Shown one piece after another: positions 21,592-37,047 of a stretch of DNA of 64,000 nucleotides. The first letter of the stretch is position 1. The number at the start of each line of letters is the position of its first letter. The position numbers and the translations under genes are program-made. The notes under the pieces were generated by a model that was not told the origin of the DNA, ran no database searches, and worked only from the letters and a program-made list of their open reading frames with translations. This stretch comes from Podarcis filfolensis (taxonomy: Eukaryota). The stretch is from the NCBI GenBank assembly GCA_964270895.1, contig OZ185443.1. One strand, given 5' to 3'.

Positions 21592-24500
21592 AATGTATAC
21601 TGCCCTTGGGAGATGATTGAGCAGTGCTATAATAATGTATATAATAAAAAATAAATACATTTTTTGAGCAAAAAGGCACACAGGGAAAGAGAACACAATC
21701 CCCCCAGGCTATTTCCAATTTTTAACTGTAGTTAAGAGACTGAGCCAGCTGCGTCTACATCAACCCATCTAATACAACCAAATTTTCATACGACATGTGG
21801 TTTTTAAAATCTTCTAGATATGACAGTGCCAAATTTGGTGACAGATTAATATGATTACACCAAACATATCTGGGAGGTCTCCAGATTAAACTGACAAGTC
21901 CCTCAGTATGACCTAAAACATCTTTGTAGAGTTAATTATGAATAGCAGGATTCAGTAATTTAATTCTTCAGCACATCTGCTGCACAGACGACATGTTCTC
22001 TGCCAAAGCTTCACACATATAAAGACTGAGGAGAACAGTCCCAACACTGGATGAAGAGCAAGAATCACACAGATGGTTAAATTTTACTGGACTCTGGAAA
22101 TTCTTTGGCGAGTTGTATCTCAATAAATTGGAGCTCTTGTGAATTTTAAAATTCAAAAACTGCACTGTGGAGATACAGAAATTGCTATGTACATCAAAAT
22201 CTCTATGCAAACAGGGAGATGGCTCTAGCCCCAACAACCATCCCATGCCCAAAATGGAAATTAAAAGTCAAAGTGAAATAATTCACTGCACACATAGATC
22301 TAAAAGATTAGTTGTGTGGGTGAAAGGCGACATTATATATTTAGCTTGTGCTTAATCAGGAGTGAAAGGGTGTAGTTATTCAAATCTGTTTAATTCTGGT
22401 GGGACTAACCTAAGACAAAAGTCTGTGGTATTTGTGGATGGGTAAGATGAAGCAAAATAGCCAGGGTTAATGAAGTTGGGCTAGTGTCATGACTTCTTTG
22501 CAGGACAGTAGAGATAAGTGGGGATTTGGCTAGAAATTGTTCTTTGTGAGTGCTCTCCTATGGTTACTGTCAGGGCATCCCAGTGGACACATTTTGCAGA
22601 TCTTCCTGCCTAGCGGTGGAAAGTACCTCATGGAAGCATCCTCCTAGATACCTTTGAGAGCACCGCCACTGTTGCTCCTTACTGCTCAGACAACACAGGG
22701 GACAAAAGGAGAGCGTTTTAGCAGGGTGTCATGGAGGAACAGGGAAGACTATGGATCTGCTAGATCCCAAACCCTCCCATTGTCTTGACATGCTTGCTGC
22801 ACGGTAGGAAAAGTGTACCATGACTGGAACTGTCTTATTTCTTTTTGTTCAAGCCACAAATGCACGCACACATCCAAACAAACACACCACCTTCCAGGTT
22901 GCCTAGCACAAGACCACCAGAGCTCAGAACAGGATCTGGCAGTTCCACCATAATAGATTCTCCATTTATGACCTTATCTGCTCCTATACTTTTGCAAGGA
23001 AAGGTGTGTAGGAATAATGGGTTTATGAAACCACTACAGTGTTGTAGGCCATATTAGCACTAACATAATTATTCAAGCTGTGTATAGTCTGGGAGGGACC
23101 TTGTCAGTAGTACAGTACACTGCACAGTTTAAGCAATAAAGCTTTTTACCAAGAACCCCAAAGTTCTGTGCAGTGCTCAGCATTCTTCATTAGGGATCCT
23201 AGTCTCTTGACAAAACTATATTTCCTAGGTCTCTGCTATTGTGGTGTGGACATGACGATAACAGTGCAGATTCCTAGACGCAATGGTGAAAAGAACTGGT
23301 CAGCAGGTTCACCTTGAAATGCAAAGTGAATCAAATTTTTCTCCCAACCCTAACACGTGCGGAAGAGGGCTTACTCTCTCCCTGTGCTCTGAAGTGATGA
23401 CTGTAAGGAGATCCTTTCACAGATTTTCTTCCCTTTAGTCTCATTTCCTTTGAATTTCACATGCCATCAATGCAACTGAGGAGGAGACTGTCTGTACAGC
23501 ACCTATTATGTGACTTAAATTGTATGAATTATACATTTAAAAATTACCATGAGAGACAAAATTCACTCCTTTAAAATATGACTGAAAGTTTCAGTGCTGT
23601 AAATCTGCTTTTTTCCACAGGCAGGATTTTAGATCATTAGTAACTAGGAAGAATGGCAGATGACCTGTCCTAGAACTGAGCAATGTTTTTGCAACAAACA
23701 AACAAACAAACAATGCACATTTGATAGGAAATGCAGATTTTGGTAGAAAAGGAAATACAAACGATTTTTCACCAGCAGCCTGAAAACAACAGCTTGCTGC
23801 AGCAGTTTGGATGCTACCAAGTTACTGTCCTACAGAACATATTGCCAAGCTAGATTGAATGCCAAATGACTGAAGTGCAAAGTTCACCCTGTGAGGATGA
23901 AGAAGATCAAGATGAGCAGTCTCTAGCATCAGAGAGTGGTGTGTTTTGTAAACTGCAGTGCTGCAAAAATGTTCACAGCATTCGAAATATCGTGCAAGAT
24001 AACTTTGGAGCTCCCGCAAAACAAAATTTAAAAAATGAATGCTCCTGTTTGGTTTCTGAATTACATCACCTTTGAGTGCTCACCATCACTGACCTCCCTT
24101 AAACAACATCTCTTTAAAGCATCTTTTTTTGCATGTAGGAGATCCTACCTTCAACCTCTAAACAAGGCTAGGAGAGACCCCTGCCTGAAACACAGAAGAA
24201 CTACTGCCAGTCAGTGTAAAGTACACAATACTAATGGTCTGACTTGGTAAAGCTTCCCATGTTACCCTGTTGCTTGCATTAGAGCCCAAAAACCTTGCCC
24301 ATGGCATAAGCATCGGAGCTTCCTTTTCCTATATCAGAAAAGGACTAAGACTACATCATCCTCAGTGGAAGAATAGTGCTAGTCATGGCAATTTCAATCA
24401 AGACCTTCTAGGTCAGGCATCACTACATGCTGTGGTAGCTATACAGAATGGTGTACATGGGACAGTGTACACGGCTTCCACTTGTCTCGCTTAGAGTTCT

Positions 24501-25259
24501 CCAGATATTGTTGGTGCCATTTCCCAAAGGAACTTATTGTACTGCTGAATTGCTCTTAGAGAGAAGAGTTCCCTAATACTTAACAACAGTTTCTGTTCCA
24601 GTAGTTTAAACCCTTTGTTTTCATGCTCTGTCCTCAGTGGATAGAATGAGCAGCTGTTCCATCTCTTTCCCTGTCTTTTAAATATTTAAAAACTGTCAGC
24701 AAATTTTCTCCTCTACCACCACCCTTTCCTTTCCTCCAGGCTAAACATGTCCAGTTCCTGCAATCTGGAGCCAACAGTATTCCAGCCAATTGGATTTGGA
24801 TAATTGGGGTTGGTGAAATAAATGTTCAGTGCCTACTTTGAAATCCATGGAGGTCGTGTCCCATATGATTATCTGGGCAAAGGAGACTGGATTCCTAGTG
24901 CTTGCACTAGATACTGGTAGGTCAATATTCAGCCTTCAAATAAATGGAATGTTTTAAAACAATAGATGTCATCTATATAGCCAGAGTAAAGCAATGTATT
25001 GGATTTTGGGTGCTTTTTTTCTTCAGGATAATGGGTTTCAGGTTCCTTTTGCTATTATATTTGCATTCCAATCTCCCACCAAGCAGTTCAGAGTAGAATA
25101 CATAACTCTGTCCCTTCCCACCAATTTATCTTCTCAACTTTGTGAGTTAAGTATGACTGAAAAAGAGTGACTACAGGTTGGGATCTTGAACCTTCTTTTC
25201 AGTCCTACACCAATACTCTAACCCAGAAAAAATGAACAATGGCCCTTGACACATTGATA

Positions 25260-25415
25260 GCCCTCCAGTATAGCTCAGTCAGCAGAAGATAAGACTCTTA
25301 ATTTCAGTCACAGGTTCAATCCCCACATTCGGCAAAAGGTTCCTACACTGCAGTGGTTTGGACTACATGACCCTCACAGTCCCATCCAACTCTACATTTC
25401 TATGATTCTATGAAC
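25260..25415 (+). mobile_element. tRNA-derived SINE with CR1-like tail
   Basis: TAGCTCAGTC..GACTCTTAAT..GGTTCAATCCCC head and a CCAACTCTAC..TTCTATGATTCTATG tail. Confidence 0.7.
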
Positions 25416-26424
25416 TCCCATCATCCTTGGCAACTGGGTCACACTCTCCCTGATCTGAGTACTATATTTGGATGAAAAAGTATCAAGCATCACCTAATAG
25501 TAGAACCTTACAGAATTATGACAATAAGTCTTGAGAAGATTGGAAAGAATGATGACCTGCTATCTGGGTTCTAAAATGAAAGAGTCTGCATCAGTTATAT
25601 AATATTTTTTCAGGACCTGTATAGCACTTTGTCTAATGGCTCTTATTCATTTGCTTCTGACAACCATCAGAACCACCATTCAGAATCTGTTCTGAAGCAC
25701 AGGCACACCAATAATAATATTTTTTCTGTATGAGTTGTGTGTAATTTTACAGAACAGACAGGTTCAAATCAACTGATAGAGAATGTCTGGAAATCACATT
25801 AAAAGGTGGGGGGAGGGGAGAGAACAGAGAAGGCCAATCTGCCATTTACTGACATATTAGCCGGTTACTCCATTGGGATGAAATTCAAGTTTTGAGACTG
25901 CTCTTAGGGAAAACTTAATTTTTCAGCTACCCGATTTACCACCTGGGGTTTCCTTCTTCAAAATAAGCCTTTCTCACAGATGAAGAAGGTGATGTTAAAC
26001 TGTTCTTTGGGATGTGTTTGACAGCTAATGCAGGCTATTCCAAACAACTAGAAAACTCTCCCTAAAATCTAGGCATTTTTTTTCCTGGTGTGGTTCAGTG
26101 CCGTACTCGTTTTATTTCTTAAGTTGTTGCTCATGAATATCATGTCAGCTTCAGTTTGCAAGCTGTATTTTATCATGAACATCATTCCACAGTAAATCTC
26201 TGTCTTGTGCTACACTGAAAGAGTGAGCATGACACTCAATTGGTCTGTACTGATGGTTGTAAAAAAGAAAACCCCACAGCTCTCTATTTCCTCCTACCCA
26301 CCCCCAGATTGCTCAGGCGAAGGCCAGAATCAAAAGCAGGCACAGCAACAAGTGTGATTCTTAGCTCTGTACAGTAGGTTACATTCCACCACACACCATA
26401 TATTTTCTATACACACAAAGCTCT

Positions 26425-26462
26425 CCATCCATCCATCCATCCATCCATCCATCCATCCATCC
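26425..26462. repeat. (CCAT)n microsatellite
   Basis: Seen directly. Confidence 0.99.
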
Positions 26463-28299
26463 AAGCAGTATTATCACAAGGACACATCCCAGCCAGGCAA
26501 AAGCACCTGCAGAGGGTGCTGAGCAGGACCAATGTGAGTTGTGGCCTAAGCAGAGTTCAGAGGGCTGAATAAAGAGACCTGAAGAGTACACTGTAAAGTT
26601 GAATGCTTACAAACAGTACAGTATGCAGTACAACAGCGGCATGATGATGCTGTAGGTTTAGTTTAGGTGCTTACTTATGTAACTTCTCTAGAATATTGTA
26701 GAGGCATTGCAGAAATTTGTTTGGCATGAGCTTTTAAAGTGACTGCAATATATTTATTACCCACTATAACTTATGCATTATCAACTAAACATCTGGCAAG
26801 TGGCCCCTTTAAGAGAAATAGCTATGACCCAGGAGGTCAGCTCCTGGAGAGCAGACAGGGAGTTGTGCTCCAGCTAGAGGACTTAGTTACTAACTCTGTG
26901 CAGGCTCCCAAGACTCACTGGAAATAAAGTTTTATTTTTCATTACCTCACCTTGTAGCAAGCTCCTACACAAACAACAGAAAACAATACACTAACTGCTA
27001 ATTTGTAATTATCGTACTAAAAGCTATTGTTTAGCTTTATAACAATGCTGTTTTCCACAATGTGTGTCTTTGATTGTGCTTTTCACAACAAGATTGGTAA
27101 GTAACTAATGAAATTTGCTCTTCTGTGGAAGGGGGTTTATTACCACATTTACAAAAATGTTAAAAGCTCTTGCATTATGACAAACCAGTAATAAATTGGG
27201 TTGACCTCTGGATTAGCATTACCCAAACTCATTATTTGTTCTATTCACACATAATTTACAACCATGGCAACCCAGAATGACATGTCAAATGTAAGTAGAA
27301 TGGCTTCAGCACAGCACACAAATATCAATTAACTATTTTCCCCCCTTAGAATTCAATTAGGCTAATGCAGACTGTCCTATTTAAAGAGTTCAAAATGTCA
27401 TTATGAACTATGCTTGTGGCCATTTTTCTTAACCCTATTAAAACATACCTTCTACAATTTATATTTGTGGTTCACATGAGATAATTATGTTTTTATATAA
27501 AGTCCCACTTATATCCACAAAACGGAAATGTTGCCCAGTGTTTATATATGAAGGTATTAGCTAAAGGGTCTCTAAACAATTATAATCACCCCTAGCTATT
27601 GAGTTATCATACGAAAAAATATGTGAGTTAAATGTATCTTTCTTATCTAAATGTGCATTGTGCACCATTTGACATGTGCCAATGCACCATTGACATGTGC
27701 CAATGGGGCAAGACAACGTGTCAGTGGTTTTGAAGAGTCTCTTTGCGATAGAGATGGGGACATAAAAGAAAATTACAGGTAGCAGGAGGACTAAATAAGA
27801 TAATAGATATGCTTAGCGTGTAACAGTGATTAATGAAAGTCAGCACATAATATTCAACAGGCTTATCCACTAAGATTTCTAATTATCCTGGCTGGCAGTT
27901 CCCTTGCAATACTCTTTGTACTCTCTAGTGTGTTAATAAAAACAGAGCTAGCATAATGAAACCATCTGTGGTTATACTGGTGACTATCCAAAACAAATTG
28001 TGTAAAAAATATCCTATGACCAATATGATGTACAGTGAACCACCTACTGTTTTATCTAATTTTGAGCCAGTCTATTATGGGAGCCAGCTTCTGAAGCGAG
28101 GAAGCTCCTGTACTCATGGTGGCTCTTCAACTGTTTTAGAGCCCTAGAAAATCAGTGCAGAAGATTCCCTACTTTACCTTTCCCCTCCATCAGTTAAAGT
28201 GTGACGGGAGAGGTATGTCAGAGGGAGGGAGAAGCTGCCATGTTCATCCCCACTGCTCCCTACATGTTCACAGAACTCTTAAATGCAATTCCAGAATAA

Positions 28300-29080
28300 T
28301 GTAAGTTGGATCCTCTTAACAGAGGGTCCATGTTGTGCACGGCCCTGGAACTCTTCCCCAACCGGCTTGTGGGTGGGGCTTGCCCCGCTCCAGCCAGTGG
28401 TGCCACAGTTATGCCACTGGCTTTTAGCCAATCGGCAGCATGGCAAGGTTGGGGGTATTTATTCGGCAGCGCAATGTGGGGACCCTCTCTTGCTTCGCGC
28501 TGCCGAACACCCGCCCACCCACCCATTAGTTAGGTCGTGTCTGGCCTTGCTTTGGACTTCGGTTTGTTGCCTGTTTTGGAACGGGTAGGAATTTTTCCAA
28601 TGTGGCAGATTGGCTGTGGTCACTTGGTTTTTGCCTACCTCTTAGCAATCGTCACAACTTTGTAAGGTTTGGCAGTTAGGCATTGGTTTAGGGGAATGTG
28701 GGGAAGGGAGGTGCGGCCATCACCTGCCCCTTCAATTAATAGGGTATTCCGTTAAAAGAATCTGGGGGGTCTGGATGTTGTCTGAAGCCCAGGGAGGGGC
28801 TAGGGACATGCCAGGACCCCAGGGAACCCCAGGGGTGAACACCAGTCAATATACATTGATGGAGCTCTCCTTGCTGGTTGTTTACCCTTCTGGGCTTCCT
28901 GCAGGGTGGGCAGGAGCCAGTTATAGTTTTGATACCAATGCCTAAGCCAATACCAGTCACACTTATGTATTTAATAAAGTTGTGGCCAAAATTTGCCCAT
29001 TAACCTTTCAACTAAATTCTGTCTCCACTGTATCTTTATTTCCATGGGGGGTGGGTTTTGGGGCTCAAAGCACAACTACA
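28300..29080 (+). mobile_element. Solo LTR (about 780 bp)
   Basis: TG...CA ends, imperfect 4-bp TSD (ATAA/ATAT), AATAAA at 28973-28978. Several blocks are homologous to 58212-58996. Confidence 0.7.
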
Positions 29081-31283
29081 ATATTAAGCATAGTAAAACA
29101 AGGAGGTCTAAAGAGAAGAAGGATAATAATCAACCCATCGGTTGATTATTGTCAGTGACTTGTTGTTGTTGCTTACTCAGCATCACAAATTTTCCTTGGC
29201 AAGGCATTTTATCTTCACACTATCAGTTTATTCATATGGACTTTGAAGTGAAGCTATTGTACACAACCTTTTATCTGAGTATTCTGCATTAATTCCAGAG
29301 TTGGGAACCTATTTAAAGCCACAATCCTTTAAGAACCCATATAAGTACTCCTATATCCCTTTATCACTTGTGTTATGCTGACCTGCAGCTAGGACATCGG
29401 CACAGCATGGAAGTTCTCTTAAGCAAAGGCTTGTACTTGACTTCTGAAGTGTATGTAAAAAGAAAGAGTCTCTGTCAGAAGCCTTTTGAAACAGTGAAAG
29501 TGTGATATTTTTGTGATGGTTCAGTGTAGCAAATATTTAACCATTCAACACCCCACACACACAACCAAGATCCAGAAATAAACTGTTTCTTTTTTCTCTC
29601 ACACACACAGCCTCAGTTTATGCCCCAAATCTGGACTATTTTTATTTATTTTATTGTATTTTATTGAATTCATATACCACCCTATACCTGGAGGTCTCAG
29701 GGCAGTTCACAGAACAAAATAAGAATAAACTCAAGTTGATAAATATTACTACTTTCAGTGACGAACATCTGAGCAAATCTGGATGGGAAAGGCAGTAAAA
29801 ATAATACAAAAGGTAGGGGATCAGAGGTGATCCTACATGACAATGAATGGTGTTCCACAGACACACAAGACCTAATACTTGAAGAGAGTGGAGTATGTGA
29901 GGATGTGTGAAGAGGGACCCAGCTTTATTTCACATATCCACCCAAATGTGGGCCTTCCAATGTGAAAATTTATTTATTATTTGGTTATAGTATTTATAAT
30001 TGTTGTAAGGAAAAGTAGAGGGGGCAGGAGTGTGTATGCCATCTTTAACTCCTTAGGGAAAAGTTGGGGACTATTTTGCTGACTGAAACCCCAGACTTTT
30101 TCTGGATTTCTACTTGTACCCTAGGCACTTGGGGCTGGTGTATTTTAGAGAATTTGATTTCTGGCCTATGTAGGCCTAGTTCTTCTAGTTTAGGAGCTCC
30201 ATCCCATAAGGAACATCAAATTCATCCCAGTTCCAGACAGAAGATTAACAGGTCAACAATAATTTGAAGTAATCTATGTAAGGCCATGAGTCAAATGAGT
30301 AATCAGGGAAGGGAGAGCATTTTGTTGTCCCTGCTCTGCAGCTCCAGGCTTGTGCTGTTAACAGTAGATCCCATTCTAGGTTAAAAATGTAATAACATTG
30401 CAGAACACGATGCTTTCATTACAAACCTCCATATTTAATGCAGCAAATTAAATGAATGATGGATACCAGCAGTGACTAGACACAGTAACAATGCAGTAAA
30501 ATATGTCCCACCAAACAGTGCAGCAATATGTAAATGATGTGGTTCATATGCACAGAAAAAGATAACAAGCTCTTCAGAGAGTACAAATGAAGGATCTTCC
30601 ATGTAGCAATTTTTGTTATTATTTACCTGACCTTGGTATATATAATGAAGCTTGCACATAGCATTTCAAAGATATTTCTTCTCTCTTCCCACCCGCAGTG
30701 CCTCAACAAATGACACACTGACTGGCAGAAGTAATGGAATGTAATGAAGTATAATGCTTGAAGTTGTGGAAATCTAATAGGAAAAATAAATTTCTAAAGC
30801 TCGATGATGTTATTTATGTCAGAGCAACAGTGTAGTAAAGAGACTGGTTAATCTCAAATGACTGTCTACAGAACTTGGTAACCAGTGCTGGAGAATATAG
30901 GAGAATAGCACTATTTTAACAAGAACAGAATTTGCCACTGGGTTAGAACATTATGCTTACCTTTATTCGTAACTTGCAACACTGAGAATTGGATAAAAAG
31001 TGGAGGGCATTCTTTATTTATTTATTCCAAATACTTATTTCCCAGTTTATAGCTCTGAGGAGCTGTCAAAGAGACTTACAAAAGATTACATGAAATACAC
31101 TTTCAAATAAAATTGTTAGGCCAAAGGTTAGACCAAGTAGTAGCCAAACTGGGAACCTTCTGCTGTTGTTGGACTCCAATTCCCATCAGCCCCAGCCAGC
31201 CTGACTAATGAGCAGGGATGATGGGAGCTGTAGTCCAGCACTATCTGGAGGGCAACCCATTGGCGCCTGCCAGATTAGACACA

Positions 31284-31286
<3 letters not shown>

Positions 31287-31325
<39 letters not shown>
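31287..31325. repeat. (CA)n microsatellite
   Basis: Seen directly. Confidence 0.99.
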
Positions 31326-31332
<7 letters not shown>

Positions 31333-32384
31333 AATGAAAGTAACTGTTTCTGTTTTCATCATTGCTCCCACAAGGGTCTTAGTATATGTAAGGCCTTTTA
31401 ACCATGCAGTCTGATTTTCAGGTATATTTATATGTAGAGAAATGTGAGCAATATAGCACAGGCTGCTGCGAAGACACTGGCAAATGTACATGCAAAGTGG
31501 CCCTTTGATTTTGGGGAGAAGCTAGGACTTTCAGAATAAGATGCAGTAGGATGGCCTGGGATTTCTGCTGATCCACCTTGCTGTGAGCCCTGCAAAACCT
31601 GCTCCTTGCTTGGTCTGGCCTTTTCCCATCTGGCCTGGGAGGACAGGGCCTTGATTGACTCCCACTGCAAAGGCTGCTACTGTTGAGGATATTTAGAGTC
31701 TAGAGACCATCAATTAGGAATTGTTGCTGGAGTCAAGATTTGGTTCTGGAGATGCATTATTTTTACTGTTTAGGGTATTCTTCTGTTTTTACTGTTAGAC
31801 CTTATTATAAATGATCAGTAGATGGTTCAATTTTATTGCTTTTTATTAATAATGTTGTATTTTCATTAGCCTGTTGTTTATAACTAAAACTTGTTATGCC
31901 TTGCAACTGTTAGCAAATTATATAAACTTTTTAAAGTGGTGTGCTGCCCTGAGCATGCTTTGCAGTAGAAAGGCTGCTTTGGAATTATTATTATTATTAT
32001 TTATTTGTACCATGCCCTCCCCATTCATGACGGGTACTGCAGATTTGCCTAAACAGGTACTGCAGTTACTAAACAGAACATAACTCCACATGGTCAGTTA
32101 TTCCCTGATAGATTACACCTGTACATACAGAGTCTAGAGGACTTTCAGTTAGACGTACTAACCAATGTTTATATATAATGAAATGCAACATTTGACCACC
32201 TTAATTTATTTTACAACAAGGGTCTTCTGGGAGGGTCTTTCTTGAGTCTTCCTCTAATCAATACTCCCTTACAAAACCAGCCCCCATCCTGGCAAAAACC
32301 ACCACAAATTAAAAGATGAGAATCTGGGCAACCCATAAAAATACCGGTACTCATCAGATCATCCATCTCAGCTATTATTATATT

Positions 32385-32618
32385 TGTTTTCTATTTACTG
32401 CATTTCTATCCCACTTTTATCTCCAAGGCGCTCAAGGTGGCAAACATGGTTCTCCCTCTCCTCATGTCATCCCCACAACAGCCCTGTGAGGTAGGGCTAG
32501 GCTGAGAGGCAATGACTTGCGCAAGGTCGCCCTGTGAGCTTGATGGCTAAGTGGTGAATTGAACCCTGGTCTCCCAAGTCTTGGTCTGACACTCTAACCA
32601 CTACACCACACTGGCTCT
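32385..32618 (-). mobile_element. tRNA-derived CORE-type (MIR/Squam3-like) SINE
   Basis: The reverse complement starts AGAGCCAGTGTGGTGTAGTGGTTAGAGTG...GGGTTCAATTC and has a CORE-like CTCAGCCTA..CCTACCTCACAGGG segment. Confidence 0.8.
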
Positions 32619-35600
32619 ATAAAAATATAGCTTTCTGTGACAAAATGTGAGGTAAAATGGTTGAATCGAGCTAACAGGCACCAGCTGAAATGTTTAATTT
32701 TGCAGCACAAGGAACACTTTCACACAAGATTTTTGTACATTAAAGTCAACTAATTTTAGCACATAAAAGTAATATTTGATGTCACAAATCCTATAAAAAA
32801 GCTGCCCATATACAGAGTGGGTAACTACTGTGGGAAGGAATCAAGGAGAGAGAGTGTATGGCATTAAATTATTATTTATTCCATTTATTAAATGTATAAG
32901 CCACTGTTCCTCCCAAATGAGCCCAGGGTGTCAAACAGGTAACCAAACTGCACAATTAAGACTAAAAATAACTTTTAAAAATATATATTTAAAACAACTA
33001 AAAACATCCAGAACATTTAAAAACATTTAAGAATACTTCAAAACCACCACATGCCCACACAGCTAATGATTTCAAGGTTTTCAACATTAAAATTTCAACC
33101 GTTTATAAATTTTGTCAGCCTCTTTAAAGACCTCAGTCAAAAAGCAAGTAGGAATCTACAAAGAAACAAAAACGCGGGTGTTTCTTTTACATTTATCTTG
33201 AGAAATCAAATATCCTTTCCTACCTTTCAGCCTGATGGTGATGCTGAGGGGAAGGTTTTTTGCGTGGCTTCAGGGGGCAATGTGAGTAATACTTTGTGCA
33301 AAGTATGCCTCACACAAACAGCTATCGGGTTTCAGTAGACTCCATTTGACTCCATTTCAAACATATGCAGAAAGACTAACTTAGTCTCACCCCCTTTTTT
33401 TAAAGGAGCCTGACTGCCTTTGTGAAAATTTCTCCCCTCGCATAAACAGAGATGTATGGTGGTAAGAGTGCCTTTCCTCGACATTTTGCTTTTTATTCCT
33501 GCACTGCAGCAGCTGTTCTTCCATTTGCAGAGGGTTGGACAAGATGACCCTTCCAACTCTGATTCCACCCATTTTGCCAGCCCCAAATAGGCAGAAAGAA
33601 GAGGGCCGTTTAGATTCAGCCATAGAACCACTTCACATTGTACGCATGCATCGCTGTTGCAGAACGCCTGCGGGAATGAAATCATTGCACACAGGTGGCC
33701 CCCTCAGCTGCTATTTGGAATGGAAGGTACCTGTCAGCGGCATCTGAGATGCCTATCAGATTTCCCCACCCCTCTTGTGTACTGTGTAGCTGGTTGCTTG
33801 GGGAGGGTTCTTCCTCTGGCGACATGGAGACAGAACTAGGATCTTCTCTAATATGAAAGCTTCCCAGCATCCCTACTCATGAACAGGACTGGCCCGAAAT
33901 ATTTTGCTGCCTGAGGTGAGGAACAAGATGGTTCCTCCATCCCCATTCTGAGTACAGAAGCTTTACCTAATGGTACAGCCAACCTTGGTTGTGAAAAGAA
34001 GAAGAAGAAGGAAATAAACTGGGCAATGGAAGTATCTGTTTCCTGCTGTTTTTCTGCACTGAGGTACTGCCTGTGCTGTGGTAATTTCCCTAGTTCTGTG
34101 GGATAATTACACAGCCCACTGAAATTGAAAATGGACACAATACTCCAGAGAACATAGCTAAGCTTCCCAAAGCCAGTTTCATGCTTCTAGATCTTTTCTC
34201 AGAGAATCACACACTTGGGCTTAGTTCAGGTACGTGGATCTCAAGGCCTTTACAAATTCTCATAATTAGCAGAGACAGTATTTTCTGCTGAAAAGTGGGT
34301 CAAGTCTCTTGTTTTGTTTTGCTCTTCTTCCCTTGTATTTTATTGTGGTTAGTTCTGCATAATGTGTTTAGCCCCACCGTGTCAAGTGTGCGTGTTAACA
34401 ATATGTTTGCAAGGCAATTTGCGATTTACCGGTGAAATGAAATGTTGAGGTTCCAGTCAATGAGAAATCATTCATAAATGGAAAAAAAACCCAATATCCA
34501 GTGTGAAGCAAAGTTATCTGGCATGCTCTAGAGTAGGATGGGCATATATCCCATTATTTGAAAGGGTCACCTCACATTTCCATAGAATTTAACAAATGCT
34601 TCTTATTTGGGATGCTCAAACTCCAGCATATTTAGGCAGAGTTCCACATTCATGTACATTATTTTAATACTGTGTACCTTATGCCTCTCATCAAAATGTG
34701 TGAATTGACTCCAGTGAAAAGTAACTTCCTGCATGTGATACTCTTAAGAAGGAGCAGTAGAAATGACTACCAAAGACCCATGGCTCCTCCCAGACTCATC
34801 TGTACAATTCCATTTATATCCAAGGTGGAGACACCTCAAGGCATGAAGGCTTTTCTGAGTCCCAGATTCAGAGACCCAAAGGAGCCTTCATATGTAGAAA
34901 CCATGTAAGATGTTTATACTAATGTGTGGGTGGCAGGTGATCTATGCAACTTCATATGAGTAATATCTGAAGCATGGCTGTGAAATTGGGTGATCTGTGA
35001 TAACTCATTCACACATCAGTGATGCACCATGCATGTGTGAACCAAATGCATTGTTCAGATGTTCTATATATTGGGTCCAGAATGTTTCTTCACCCAAGGG
35101 CCACATTTCCTCAGTAGAAAATGACCAAGGGCCATGCACCAGTGGTGAGCAAATAAAAAATCTGTAGGGTCAAGGCATTCACCTGCAAAATACAAACACA
35201 CACACACCCCCCCACATTCAGCTCCCTTGTCTTCCATGCTGTACACTTTAGATGGACTAGTTGATCAACAGTTGAGGCCCTACTCTGTAAATATTCCCAG
35301 CATCAGAAGGAGGGACATATGCAATAGGCTTCTCATTCCCTGGAGCAATGCAATGCCAGAGATATTGTGGGAAATTAAAGTGGCAGCTTGACCCAGGTGC
35401 CCAGCACTGCTCATAGTACTTCTACACACTATGTTGCTGCCACCAGGTAATCCCTACAGAGTCAACTGATGTAGAAGGAAGGCCGGACAGAAAAATAAGC
35501 CCACAGGAAAACCCATGCTCAGAGCTCAATCGTATAGTATCATATCATACAGTATGATATTGCATTATTATATTTTCACTCATCTGTCCAACTCCATTCC

Positions 35601-36591
35601 AAATGATGTGGAAGCCTATGCTCTTCACATATTTGGGGAGCAAGGCCAAGGCTCCTTGCATATAATATGTGAAGAGGGCTCATATTAACTATAAAATTAG
35701 CTTCCTTTGTCAGGCCATTTAGTTTATATGGAGTGCCTTTGCCTACAGTAACTGTCCAGTTCACACCAAGCCTGTTCAAACCTGACCTGTACCTAACATT
35801 TAAGCAAACCATGGTTGGATGGCCATATGTCATGGATGCTTTAGCTGAGATTACTGCATTGCAAGGCGTTGTGTCCTTTTCAACTCTAAGATTCTATGAT
35901 TCTGTGAACCAAGAAGTCCATGTGCCAAGCGGAAAATATTTTGGCCTTGAGTGAGTATATATGTCAGTGCTAGCCATGAAAACAAGTTATGCAAAAAGGA
36001 ATATCAGGCATATATATTTGCTTTGGAGGTGATCATTGGTCCCCAAACCTCACTGAAACCATGATGTTCAATGTGCAGACCCATCAGATGTCTCTCTCTG
36101 CAAAGCATGCACTCTTTGCCCAGTTGCCTCATTTGTTTGTCAGCAGCAAACAAAATCAATTTTCTGCAGCTGCCAAGAGCATCTGCAGTGATAAAACTGG
36201 AAAGATAATTTTAATAACAGCTTCTAAAATAGCAGATACCCAAATATTCTACTCCCTAAACGCCAAAGTCAGAAAAATAATAATGGACACATGGGATTTA
36301 TTTAAATATATGTTGTTGGCATCCGTCTGTCTCGGGAGACAATGGAGGAATGTGCCTTTGCGAGTGAAATAAAACTGTTGGAAGGTTGCGGTGCCTGCTG
36401 TGGCTGTAGAGATCAATACAGGAGAGTCATGGTTTGTTGCAGCTGAGGCAGATGAAGGTATCCAGTTATGCTGCTGCAGATGCACCATGATGTTTCTTCT
36501 CTCTGCTCTCCTCCCAGCAGTCATTCTTTCTCTGATCACTGCTATGGGCATATGGCCTGACCATCTCCAGGCCCTGCAATTGTTTACATAC

Positions 36592-36694
36592 CATATTTTT
36601 CCGTCTATAAGACGCCCCCATGTATAAGATGCCCCCTAATTTTTGACATTACTTTTTAGGGGGAAACTTTAGTCTTATACACAGAAAAATATGG
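36592..36694. mobile_element. Tc1/mariner-superfamily mini-MITE (103 bp)
   Basis: TA-CCATATTTTTCCGTCTATAAGAC ... GTCTTATACACAGAAAAATATGG-TA. Confidence 0.8.
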
Positions 36695-37047
36695 TATTTA
36701 TATAGACATGTGTGTATGTGCGTGTGTGTCTATATATATATTACTCACGTGTGTGTAAAAGACAGCATGGATTGATTGTGACTGACAAAGGGCACAGCAC
36801 AATTAAATTATGCATGTGGCGTTTCAAAATGCCAGTCAAATTGGGTCAGGTTTTCAGACCAACAAAAATATGAATGTGCTTTCTAATACAATACTATTAA
36901 TAAAGGCTGACCCTGCTCCGACTTTATCAACAATTAACTATAATGGCATAATTTGTTCTCAAGAAAAGCATTTGTTTCTTCAGTATTAACCAGATGGCAG
37001 GAAATTATAAAATCATTCTTTCACTTAGAAAGTGGACAAAAGATAAA

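Noticed and set aside
23822-24075. Acidic ORF (EDEEDQDEQ) and an opposite-strand pyrimidine-rich acceptor at 23889
   Set aside because: Both come from one purine-rich tract. The frames close quickly, there are no partner exons, and an L2 remnant lies beside it.
27661-27703. 22-bp tandem duplication TGCACCAT(T)TGACATGTGCCAA
   Set aside because: An ordinary local slippage duplication with no further structure.
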